From contig OX597815.1 of the NCBI GenBank assembly GCA_951406725.2, positions 120,590,001 through 120,654,000 of the forward strand: a DNA stretch of 64,000 nt, read 5' to 3'. Numbering within the stretch: position 1 is the first letter of the stretch; every line of letters starts with the position of its first letter. This document shows, piece after piece, positions 39,076 through 50,770 of the stretch. Under the pieces are notes generated by a model. It saw only the letters and a program-made list of their open reading frames with translations, was not told where the DNA came from and searched no databases. The DNA is from Octopus vulgaris (Eukaryota). The position numbers and the translations under genes are program-made.

Positions 39076-39267
39076 TGCATGGTTGTATATATTTATATAT
39101 GTATTTATATGTAAAAGAATATAAGCATAAAAATCACATTAATGATTTTATCAAGTAGTCAGCATGCTATAAACATTTATAGGCCAGTAATACATTAAAT
39201 TAATAATAATGTACATATGTATATAATTATATTAAGGGAGATCAGGCGAAAATGACCTTTCTCCAGC

Positions 39268-39726
39268 ATGCCTGAAGTGCCGATACCTTCAAAAACTACC
39301 AAAAACTCCAGCTAAAATATACACATGGCTGAAAGCGGGCTAGTGAGAGAAAATTAAAAAGACCTCACGTTAATTGTGAATTGGTTCCAATTTCTGGACT
39401 AAAGCAAAAAAAGAAAAAAAGAAAAAGAAAAAAGCTTTTTTCCTTCGTCAACACAATGCACTGGGAAAGGATATATAAGCCCAAATAACTGTACATACCG
39501 TCCAATGCAAGTCCATACGTTTACATACAAATATTTGCACGTATAGATCCAAAGAAAGTCAATTCATAAATTCCTTCACGACAAAAAAGCTATTTTTTGC
39601 TTTAATCCAGAAACTGGAACCAATTCACAATTAACATGAGGTCTTTTTAATTTTCTCTCACTAGCCCGCTTTCAGCCACGTGTATATTTTAGCTGGGGTT
39701 TTTGAAGATATCGGAACTTCAAGCAT
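39268..39726. mobile_element. Long-TIR MITE/foldback element
   Basis: Inverted arms of about 140-170 bp (for example CAGCTAAAATATACACATGGCTGAAAGCGGGCTAGTGAGAGAAAATTAAAAAGACCTCA and its reverse complement at about 39635-39695) around a spacer of about 130 bp. Confidence 0.88.
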
Positions 39727-39741
39727 AATTATATTTATATT

Positions 39742-39827
<86 letters not shown>

Positions 39828-40386
39828 GATGGATGTATATATATATAGAGAGATAGATAGATATATCCATACACACACGCATATGCATATATATGCGTAT
39901 ATAAATAAATTAATAAATATATATATATTCTTTAATTCTTTTACTTGTTTCAGTCATTTGACTGTGGCCATGCTGGAGCACCACCATTAGTCGAGCATTT
40001 AGATGACTTAGATCTCATATAGAAGCAGTTGTTGAAGCTGAAGTTGGCTTTAGAGAATAACATTATACAAAAGGTTTATTTTGATAAATAGAGTCACTAT
40101 CTGTTATTATATATCGTTTTTTTTTATAAACATAAATCTGTCCTCAAATATCTTACGCACCCTTTTTTTTCGAACAACGAAATGACAGAGAAACGAGACA
40201 TGCACTGTACCCATATATGCATGTATAGATTCATATATATGTAGGCATGTACATATATATATATATATATGTATATATGCATATATTTATATATTATTTA
40301 TAATATATAAATATATGGCCACAGCTCATAAGCTGAAACTGGAATCAATCAATCAATCAATCAATCATAAATATGCATATATTTAT

Positions 40387-40424
<38 letters not shown>

Positions 40425-40469
40425 TGTATGTATGTATGTATGTATGTATGTATGTATGTATGTATGTGC

Positions 40470-40655
40470 GTCTGTGTCTCCTTACCATCAGTTGACAATC
40501 GATGTTGGTGTGTTTACGTCCCCGTAACTAAGCGGTTCTGCAAAAGAGACTAGGCTAGGCTTACAACGAATAAGTCCTGGGGTCGATTTGTTCGACTAAA
40601 GGCAGTGCTCCAGCATGGCCGCAGGCAAATGACTGAAACAAATAAAAGAATGAAA
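40470..40655 (+). mobile_element. SINE family B, 3' half
   Basis: GTTGACAATCGATGTTGGTGTGTTTACGTCCCCG...GCAGGCAAATGACTGAAACA. Confidence 0.8.
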
Positions 40656-40664
40656 GAATATATA

Positions 40665-41458
40665 CAGGGTGATTCAAAAGTCTCCATACATAGGAAAAAT
40701 TTATTTTTTTATAAGAAACAGTTTATAAGATTCCCTGATCTGACCCCTCTTGATTTCTATCTTTGGTGGCATTTGAAAGGCATGGTGTATCGCGGAAAGA
40801 TAAAAGACATAAACCATTTGAAGGAACACGTCACCAACTCCTTTGCACACGTATCACCAGATGTGCTATTACGAGTTCGCAATGAGTGTGGTAAACGTAT
40901 TGCAATGTGTATTCACAACAATGGTAATCATATAGAGCCTCCTCCTCATCATCATCGTTTAACGTCCGTTCTCCATGGGTTGGTCGGTTCGACTGGGGTC
41001 TGGGAAGCCAAAAGGCTGCACCAAGCCCGAATCTGATCTGCCCTTCCTAACGACAACCACTCTGAGAGTGTAATGAGTGCTTTTTACGGCACAGGGGCCA
41101 GGAGCTGGCATCGACCATGATCGGATGGTGCTTTTTACGTGCCATCGGCACGGAAGCCAGTCAAAGCGGCACTGGCATTGGTCACGTTCGGATGGTGCTT
41201 TTTACGTGCTACCGGCACGGGGGTCACAACTACAATTTCCATTTGATTTGATTTTGATTTTGATTTTGATGTTGATGTTGATGTTGATATACTTGACTCA
41301 ATAGGTCTCCTCAAGCAGGGCATGTCGCCCTATGGTCCAAGGTACTTTTGAGCGGGCTGGTTATGCGACACTGGTATAATAAAAAAAACTGTTCTTATAA
41401 ACTGTTTCTTATAAAAAGATAAATCGTTCATATGTATGGCGACTTTTGAATCACCCTG
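40665..41458 (+). mobile_element. Deleted Tc1/mariner element with both TIRs and a nested retroposon (about 40939-41375)
   Basis: TA-CAGGGTGATTCAAAAGTC...GACTTTTGAATCACCCTG-TA with inverted ends of about 65 bp; transposase C-terminus PDLTPLDFYLWWHLKGMVY...CIHNNGNHIE. Confidence 0.9.
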
Positions 41459-41544
41459 TATATACATATACTTACACGCACATATATATACACATATACA
41501 CACATATATGAATATATACACATGTGTATATATCCATATTTATG

Positions 41545-41615
<71 letters not shown>

Positions 41616-41774
41616 GCATATATACACACATATACGCATATATACACATATACACATATATATACATACACGCACACATATCTATATACATAGCATATAT
41701 CACTGGATTTCAGAATTAGGTGAATTCAAACATTCTGTGGTAAATCTAACATTCATAATTCCCGTTTATATTTC

Positions 41775-42140
41775 TTGCTTTACTTCTTTTAGTCATTAAA
41801 CTGTGGCCATACTGGAGCAACGCTATGAAGAATCTTTTGTCGAACGAATCGACACTAGGGCTTTTTTTTAAGCCCAGTACTTATTCTATCGATTTCTTTC
41901 GCCGGACCGCTAAGTTACGCTGATGTAAATATGCCAGCACCGGTTACATGCGCACACACACACACATATATACACGACGGGCTTCTTTCAGTTTCCATTT
42001 ACCAAATCCACTCACAAGGCTTTGGTCAACACGTGGCTATAGTAGAAGATACTTGCCCAAGGTGCCACCACAGTGAGATTGAACCCGGAACCATATGGTT
42101 GGGAAGCAAGCTTCATACCACACAGCCACGCCTACACCTA
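41775..42140 (-). mobile_element. SINE family B
   Basis: Reverse complement of the 36560-36970 pattern. Confidence 0.82.
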
Positions 42141-42257
42141 TTGCTTACCAAATTTGATACCAAAGGCTTAAATCGACTCTACACAATAGCAAAAGATCCA
42201 TCGCACCGCTCAATGGAATAGCATCCACAACAGTGTAGTGGCGAATGCACTTAACTT

Positions 42258-42655
42258 AAGGCGGCGAGCTGGCAGAATCGTTAGCAAGCCGGGCGAAATG
42301 CTTAGTGGTATTTCGTTTGCCGTTTTTTTTCTGAATTCAAATTCCGCCGAGGTCGACTTTGCCTTTCATCCTTTCGGGGTCTATAAAATAAGTACCAGTT
42401 ACGCACTGGTTCATTTGTCTGTCTTTGTCCGTCTCCTCTGTGTTTAGCCCCTTGTGGGTAGTAAAGAAATAGGTATTTCGTCTGCCGTTTCGTTCTGAGT
42501 TCAAATTCCGCCGAGGTTGACTTTGCCTTTCATCCTTTCGGGGTCGATAAATTAAGTACTAGTTACGCACTGGGATCGTTGTAATCGACTTAATACCTTT
42601 GTCTGTCCTTGTCTGTCCCCTCTATGTTTAGCCCCTTGTGGGTAATAAAGAAATA
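42258..42655 (+). mobile_element. Dimeric SINE family A with L1-like tails and a 15-bp TSD
   Basis: GAATGCACTTAACTT at 42243-42257 and 42656-42670; two core units each ending GCCCCTTGTGGGTA(G/A)TAAAGAAATAG. Confidence 0.9.
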
Positions 42656-43226
42656 GAATGCACTTAACTTTCTCACCTAAAGTTTGAACTTAAAGTAAAA
42701 GAGACTTTACTAACATAGCACAAAACTCTTTCTCCGACGCTCTACCGACTGATTTCGGCATTGACTTCCCTTCGTCGTTAATAACTGCGTTAAACACTGT
42801 AAAATGTTTTGCGATATCAGGTGAAGAAAAAATAAGAATGACAGCGGGAAAGAGAGAAAGCGACAGAGAAAACTTGAAAGTTAGGCTTACGTAACACGAG
42901 AATTTGTCTGTGATATGTTTCGATCTTTATTTCTTTTATTCTGTTTTCCTTCAAACCATTCTTTGTAGGTAGTGGTAGTGGTGGTGGTGGGTCTATAGAA
43001 TATAACTATTCGTCCTTTTTAGAACGTCGGGTGGGGAAGAAGGAGAGAGAGAAAGACAGACAAAGAAGAACCAAGACAAATAGCGACGAAGACATACAGA
43101 GGAAAACAGTGAGACTGAAAGAAAAAAAAAAGTGTGCATGAATGAGTGAGTGAGTGAGTGAGTGAGTGAGAGGAAGAAAGAAAGAGAAGAGATGGGAAAA
43201 AGGCTGGAAGAAGAACTATCAATCCA

Positions 43227-43583
43227 CCAATTAAATTTGTGGGCGTGGCTTTTGTTTCCCAGTGCAATGTTTTTAAGAGCTTATCGCATGTATACAATAT
43301 AAGCTAGACGGACACCCCCCTACACACACACAGACATGCATACATACGTATACACATAAATACAAAATTTAACACATACGTACGCAGTGTTAAAGTAACT
43401 GAGAGAGATGCGTAGGAAAACGAGTCAAGCCGAAGTAAAAGCATCGGCAAGTAACATATAGGATATTATTATAATAGTAGTAGTTGTAAAACAAAGGGAA
43501 TTAAACAAAAAAGCAAAGCCGGGCAAGTAGAGGACAGACGAAGAAAAGGAGAGAGAGAAGTAAATGAAAGCGCGTCACGTGAC
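43227..43583 (+). promoter_or_regulatory. Candidate promoter elements upstream of nvd: CCAAT box, GC box, palindromic E-box
   Basis: CCAAT at 43227-43231, GGGCGTGGC at 43241-43249 and GTCACGTGAC at 43574-43583 in a stretch with no recognised TE, 0.55-0.9 kb upstream of the ATG; TSS unknown. Confidence 0.45.
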
Positions 43584-44148
43584 CCTAACTAGTAAAGCGC
43601 GCAGTTGTCTCAGGTACTGAGCTTCGTCACCAAAGCTAGATGTGTCACTTAAACGTAATAACTACGATGACTTTCCGACAAACACTTATATACACACCTT
43701 AACTCGATGTAGATCGGTTTTTGTTTGTTGTCTCTTCAAATTCATTAACATTATCTGACCAGCTTCTACTCGTTCTTTTTGTATGTATATTTAGATATAC
43801 ACATATATATATATAAAAAAGTAACACGAATACAAAATTATATATTGATGTTTCGTTGTACATCATTTCAAAAAGTGTAGTTCTTTTTGTTTTTGTAATT
43901 TTTTTGTTAATTATTATTTTTCTAAAACGCTTTGCTGAAGTTGTTTATTACCACCCTTAATGGTTTAAAGTTTAAGAAAAAGAAAAAAAAAAAAATGAAC
44001 CGAAGAAAAAAGTGAAGGAAAAGAGGAAAACAAACAATAAACAACGCGAAGTTTTTTTTAATATATATATATATATACAAATATAATATAAATATATATT
44101 GTATATAATTATTATACTTTTAGAAAATTTGAAAAAAGAAATAACGAT

Positions 44149-44638
44149 ATGTATATGTGGAAGCAAATAGTTTTAATTTCTTTCATAACAGCGAGTTTTT
44201 TAACGCTTGTTGTTGTGGCAGCCCTATCAGATAGTCTGGATTTTAAAACTTTAACTGTACCTTTATTCGAAGTGGGTGAATTTTGCAAGCATGCTGTTTC
44301 CACTGTAACTACAGATGGCTGGAGTGACCTGCTTGCACGTAATTATCTGGACTTTTTCCTTTTATTTCGTATTGGAGTATACGCCACACTGGCTTATGTG
44401 ACGATTAGTATTTTGCGCTGGCTATACCAGTTTCTCTTCTGCAACATGGATCGGACACGTGTACTGGGGACCACTGGATATGTACCCGATGGTGTACTCA
44501 GTATGAAAGAAATCGCTAACGGTGTACGTCGGCGAAGACGAGTCGGGGATATTCCACCTGTTTATCCCAATGGCTGGTTCGGATTAATAGAATCTCACAA
44601 ACTGGCAATCAGACAGACCGTTCCTATAAGTATATTAG
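44149..44638 (+). CDS. nvd: First coding exon of a Neverland/DAF-36-like Rieske cholesterol 7-desaturase
   Basis: N-terminal hydrophobic segments followed by RRRRRVGDIPPVYPNGWFGLIESHKL...ISILG, the conserved pre-Rieske motif of Neverland; AG|GTAAGT donor at 44638/44639 (phase 1). The start could also be the ATG at 44155. Confidence 0.88.
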
Positions 44639-44823
44639 GTAAGTCTATTAAAAGTGCATTCATTTATTTATTTATCTATCTGTCTAAAACTCTTAAACTT
44701 TGTTTTTAAATATACATTAATATGATCTAGAAAAATTAAAATAAAATTTTAACTTCGAAAAAATTTCGTTGAACATATCAAAATAATGCACTACCCTCCC
44801 GCTCCCACACATATTCTCTCTCC

Positions 44824-44867
<44 letters not shown>

Positions 44868-45626
44868 TCGTTCTTTCTTTCTTTCTCCCCCCTCTCTCCC
44901 TTTCTTTCTCGTGTGGTATATCTATCTGTATGACAGGACTTCACCTGTATTAAGCTGTGTAACGTGAGTAGCCCTTGTCCAAGAAATTGCTGATTAACGC
45001 AGGATATCAAACTTTATTCCCACTCACCCACCTAAGAAAACAAAAAAACGGAAAAAAGAAAAAGACAAATTTCCTCGTGGATAACTTGGGATTGTCTAAG
45101 GAAGATAGGAGTGAAATGTCGTGAAATAATACTTCTAAAAAATCATGAAATATTGTCTATGTTGCTGCTACTGGGTTAGGCTACCAACCACGTTTTTAAG
45201 ACAAGTTAGATCGATGTTTGTCGACAAACTGAAAATATTATCATCTGAGGCATATTATCTCTGAATTTTCTTACGCTTTTCTTCATAATTCTCAGTGACA
45301 AAACAAATAAAATATAAATATTGCACTGGTTCATCCACCTAATATTACTGGTATTTAGTATTCAATTTAAAATGAAGCAGGAAAAGTTAGTAGTAAGTTA
45401 TCTAGTTTCGATTCCAGTAATAAGTTTATTCTCCTGATTTCACGATTCTGTTGTTGATAGTTAATTATTGTAAGTTGAAATCCAATTCAAATTAACTTTG
45501 AGGCCGATAAATAAGATACTGAGGTAAATCAGTAAGATATTAGATCGATAATATTAGATATTGAGGTGGATCCACATAAATTACTCCCCAAGAAGTTGAT
45601 CGTGTTTATCCATAGTCGAAATTTTA

Positions 45627-45665
<39 letters not shown>

Positions 45666-45818
45666 TCCAAACAATACACACAAAGACGTGTGTATGCGTG
45701 TGTGTGTATGTGTATGGACGGTGACCGATCAGGAATTAGCTACACATTTTCTGTTATGTTTTTGTAGAATTTTCTGTTTGTTGTGTTTTTGTTAAAATAT
45801 TGATATATATATATCAAA

Positions 45819-45960
45819 GGGCCGGTGCGCATTGATGCCGTCGAGAGGTAGGCCCCGAAACGGCGCGCATTCTCTCCTGATGACCCCATACACTTGCTAG
45901 CTTCCGATATACGGAGCTTTTAACTGGTAGCACTTGCATGTGCAAGTTGTTTGCAAGATA
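45819..45960 (+). mobile_element. Isolated HERO 3' UTR copy inserted in a (TA)n tract
   Basis: Highly similar to the reverse complement of 5720-5860; flanked by TA repeats. Confidence 0.88.
45825..45891 (+). ncRNA. Non-circularly permuted hammerhead ribozyme candidate with intact GUC site
   Basis: GCCG-TC-GAGAGG (45837-45848) ... GAAA-CGGC (45857-45864) ... TCTCTC-CTGATGA (45871-45883); stems I and III pair and stem II is weak. Confidence 0.65.
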
Positions 45961-45970
45961 TATATACATA

Positions 45971-46864
45971 CAGAGTGCGGTGAATAAACTGTCGTTTAAA
46001 TTGCGCAAAAATGAAAAGAACTCTGATATCTCATTTTAGCAGATACAGTTACCAAAATTACATAAAAATATCTTGAAAATCTGAAGAGTAAATTTATTCA
46101 ATAAAATCGCGACTGGCTTCAACTACGGCCTCCAGACGACTTCGGAATCTCCTGCAACTTTTCTGGACGGTCTCCTAGTTTAAGTTGGTGAATGCTGCCA
46201 TAATCCTTGCCTTCTGTTCATCTTCGGTGTTACAAGGAGTTTTGTTGATCTCTCGCTCAACTGTGCCCCACACTTAATAATCAAGGGTGTTGCAGTCTGG
46301 GGAGTTAGGTGGCCAGCTGTTAGGGGTGATGTAGTGGCAGAAATTGCCTGACAGCCATGATTGGGTTCTCCTGCTTACGTGGCATGGTGCAGAGTCCTGT
46401 TGCCAGACATAGGGTCTTCCAACAGCCACTCTCTTAACCCGGGGCACCACTACCTCCTCCTGGTACTTGATGTAGGCCTCCGTGTTAAGTCTGAGGCCGT
46501 GTAGATGAATGGAGGCATAACGTCACCATCGCAAGTGATCATACCAAACACCATGATGTTGACTAGATGTTTGATTTTTATCACTCTCAGTACATGTCCT
46601 CAGACTGCACTGTCCTCAGACTGACACCCGAACACCCTGGAATGTCCGCATTGGAGCTTCCGGCACGAATGCCAAGCATTACAGCATGTCGTTTCCAAAT
46701 TTCTGACCGCCTGAATCGCGTCATGGTGCTGTTTTTCTCAAAGACAGTGCCCAACTAACCCTACTATACTTAATTGTTCACAAAATCAAAAACAAACAAT
46801 GCGCACGCACAAAATTAAAGATATAAATGATATAAAATGGCGACAATTTACTCATCGCACCCTC
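45971..46864 (-). mobile_element. Internally deleted DD37D (maT-type) Tc1/mariner element
   Basis: Imperfect TIRs CAGAGTGCGGTGAATAAACTGTCG / CGACAATTTACTCATCGCACCCTC flanked by TA; QQDSAPCH...WPPNSPDCNTLD with 37 residues between the catalytic Asp residues. Confidence 0.9.
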
Positions 46865-46907
46865 TATATACATATATATATATATATATATATGGTGCGA
46901 TGGGTAA

Positions 46908-46964
<57 letters not shown>

Positions 46965-47171
46965 TATATGCATAGATATAATATGTGTGTTCGTGCGCAT
47001 ATATATATGTGCGTGTGTATGTGTGTGTATAATAATATAAATAATATATATATGCATATATACTTACGTATATATACACACTTACATATATACGTAAATA
47101 CATATGCATATGTGGGCGCATACAATATGCTTTATATATATATATACGCATGACTATCATAGATAGATAAC

Positions 47172-47206
<35 letters not shown>

Positions 47207-48646
47207 TATATATATATATACATGCACAAATGGAAAACAATTTTTACCCGCCCTGAATAAGTTCAGCTAGGTCACATTCAGTTACCAGCACGATTATCTA
47301 TTAATTTACTCTCCGATGGTGCCCCAATCCTCCCATCTCCAATATTATACACACACACACCTGATCCATGCACACATTACACTCTATCCGTACGTATCTT
47401 TATACGCATCAACACATCTTGTTTGTATACTTGTTGTTTCGCTTGTTATAATTTCTTTACTGAACAGTTGAACTAGACATGTGTTGTTAGGAATGAGTCA
47501 AGTTGCCTTTAATTTCTTATGAATTCATTCATTAAATAAAAAAAGGGGGTAGCTATCTACGAAACAATGAATTTTCGATTGACTTCACACGTGAAACTGA
47601 TATCTCTTACACACATTTCACACACACACATCTGTAAACGGTGTAGAATTATCATTTTATACATGTGTGTTTATGAGTGAGGATTATAATTGTGTGTTAG
47701 CATAGGTGTTTATATACGCAGTTTTTTCCTTGGGAAGATTGCGTAATCTGGAAACATGGAAAAGTGGAAAGTCTACGCATAAGACGTTCGCTGTTTTTGT
47801 TATTGCTAAATATTAGTAATCTTTCGGTATTAATAGACGATGTCATTCACCCACACAACGTTCCTTCCCGACATAAATACAGAGGCTAGGTTGAAAAGAG
47901 GGTGAATGACGTCGTCTACTAATACCGAAGGATTGCTTGAATATTTTAGATAAAGTCTTTGCATGAATATCAAAAACCATGTACTTCAAATGTAACAAAA
48001 ATTGATTATAAAAAAGACAAACAGAAACGTACCCAGACACATCCCACCACGTTTCATTCTTTTAAATAAGTTACGTTTCGAAGTTGTAGATCTTGATTTA
48101 ACCAGATCAAACCAAACTATCGATTGAATTCCTTCAGAGGTTAAAAGTGAAAATAGAAAGAAACCTTTTAATTCTATGTACAACAAATGTAAAGTTCCTG
48201 AACTATGACGACATCCCTGATCACTTTCATTAACAATTGTTTTCACTAATTAGCATTTCAATTTTGCAAATTGCAATTTCAGTCAATAAAATTTCTAGCT
48301 ACTCGTTCTTAGTTACTTTTCCCGCGCGACTGTCACGTGTAAGCGTGGCTGTTTACCTCAATAACTGACAAGTCCGTCAAGCGGAAGTGAACTGTAGTTG
48401 TGTATTGTCAGGTATCAATAACTTCGCCACTCTGCAACCAGGTATAATGGCATTGACGTTGTCTCTTCGATTTGTTTGTAAAGAAAAGAAAAAAAAAAGG
48501 CAAGAAAATACCTGGCTTCCACGAGTGCTTTACACACTTCGATTATTTGTAGCCGAGTTGTCTTTTATTTCACTGTCTAATTCAATACACCCTCTAAACT
48601 TGCATGTGCATAGTCATCACACATATTTCAGAGTAATAAAAGCTTA

Positions 48647-48698
<52 letters not shown>

Positions 48699-49089
48699 CA
48701 TCTTGTGAACTTTTAGACAGGCGGAGAAGGCAGGATCTGTGACCTTTCACAATGTCTTTATACAGGTGGGAGGGAAGGAGAAAACCGGACACATTATTCG
48801 AATGCTTACAACAGGTGATGTTTAAAACAGGCGACATATTTAGTCAACGCAGAGCGCAAAGCCAATTCACAACCTTAAATTGATAGTTTTTTTTATTATT
48901 GACTCCGAAAAAATGAAATGCAAAATTGACTTTGGTGACAATTGAACTCAGATCATAGGGCGTTGGAATATAGCCACAATGTTGACGTTTTTCTTGTTTT
49001 TGATTTTAAAGTAGTTATAAATATTTATTCCCATATTTTTTACTAACATTCAAACCTTTGAGGCAATTTTCAGCAACAACATGATTTTA

Positions 49090-49570
49090 CCAGTTTTTTT
49101 TGTGGTTTCTATCGAAACCATTCGGTCTTTCTTTTAGCCTTGCATTCGCTCTTATGATTCAGGTTGTATAGGTTGGACATTGTTGCTACGACAGAAACTA
49201 GATTGAGAGGACCGCGGGCGTTCTCTCCTCTCCCAAACGACTACGAGAAATTTATTTCTCTATGCCAACCTGGGGGGTCGGGGAAGTGATGCGATCTTAC
49301 TCAGTTTGAATTTACATATAAGAACAATCTTTTTTGAAGAAAGTGGCTTACATGTTGAGAATGAACGTGTCTACTTAAGGAATGACATAAAGCTTCTGAA
49401 AAGGTCCAGTGGTGGAATGTGGTCTGTAGGGTCACACCCGTTCATCACTTCATCATCATCATTACATAATTTTATTTATCATAAATTTGCATAAATATCG
49501 TTTATCCCTCCTTCCCTGACCCCTTGTGCTGTCCCCTCTGTGTTCGACAGTTATGGTTAATAAAAGATCA
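49090..49570 (+). mobile_element. Possible highly decayed L1/Tx1 3' end
   Basis: Ends TGTCCCCTCTGTGTTCGACAGTTATGGTTAATAAAAG, similar to the L1 tail at 5436-5472; weak protein similarity. Confidence 0.35.
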
Positions 49571-49786
49571 ATTCGCTTTTATGATTGACTTCTACCTTGA
49601 AGAGAAATGGGTTCGACAGAATAGCCAGGTTGTTCGTTTCTCTTAGATCTTCTATGGCCTTTCTTCTTCATTTTCCCAGTAATGTAAAGGTAGGAACGAA
49701 CTTCTCCCGGAAATATGTTCAAGCTTCTTGAAGAAACAACAAACAATTGTCAGTCTCCAGTTTGGTCCATGTTGACTGTTTGATAT

Positions 49787-50186
49787 TCTTTTCTACTCTG
49801 GGCACAAGGCCCGAAATTTTGCGGGGAGGGGACCAGTCGATTAGATGGACCCCAGTACTCAACTGGTACTTAATTTATAGACTTCGAAAAGATGAAAGGC
49901 AAAGTCGACCTCGGCGGAATTTTAACTCAGAACGTAACGACAGACGAAATACCTATTTCTTTACTACCCACAAGGGGCTAAACATAGAGTGGACAAACAA
50001 GGACAGACAAAGGGATTAAGTCGATTACATCGACCCCAGTGCGTAACTGGTACTTAATTTATCGACCCCGAAAGGATGAAAGGCAAAGTCGACCTCGGCG
50101 GAATTTGAAATCTGAACGTAACGGCAGACGAAATACGGCTACGCATTTCGCCCGGCGTGCTAACGATTCTGCCAGCTCGCCGCCTT
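49787..50186 (-). mobile_element. Dimeric SINE family A with a 15-bp TSD
   Basis: TTGACTGTTT(G/T)ATAT at 49772-49786 and 50187-50201; full head and two cores. Confidence 0.9.
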
Positions 50187-50209
50187 TTGACTGTTTTATA
50201 TAACTATTT

Positions 50210-50340
50210 ATTCAAATTTCGCTGAGGTCGACTTTGCCTTTCATCCTTTCGGGATCGATAAATTAAGTGCCAGTTGCGTACTGGGGTCGATCTAATCGAC
50301 TGGCACCCTCCCCAAAAATTTCGGGCCTTGTGCCTAGAGC
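50210..50340 (+). mobile_element. SINE family A 3' half, inverted relative to its neighbour
   Basis: GAGGTCGACTTTGCCTTTCATCC...GGGCCTTGTGCCTAGAG. Confidence 0.85.
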
Positions 50341-50728
50341 AAAAAATATATTGCTGTTTATTGTCAGGAATTTTCACTTGAAATGGCTATATACATAAGG
50401 TGGCTATATATATAAGGTGGCAGTATTGAAGGGATTAATCAAGTTTCAAATTCCGAGTGATAATAGCCAATCATGTAAAATTTCGAAAATTTCTGTTTCG
50501 TATTATAAGGGAAATCATCAATACAGCTGATAATTGATTCATTGATCAATATCTTAAAGTATTCTTTTACTTATTTCAGTCATTTGACTGCGGCCATGCT
50601 TGAACACCACCTTTAGTTGAACAAATCGACACCAGGACTTTGTACTTATTCTATCGGTCTCTTTTGCCACACTGCTAGATTACGGGGACGTACACACACC
50701 AGCATCAGTTGTCAAGCGATGGTGGGCG

Positions 50729-50770
<42 letters not shown>

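Noticed and set aside
44639-44709. C-terminal part of the 186-aa ORF (KSIKSAFIYLF...)
   Set aside because: Read-through into the intron after the GTAAGT donor; Neverland similarity ends at ILG.
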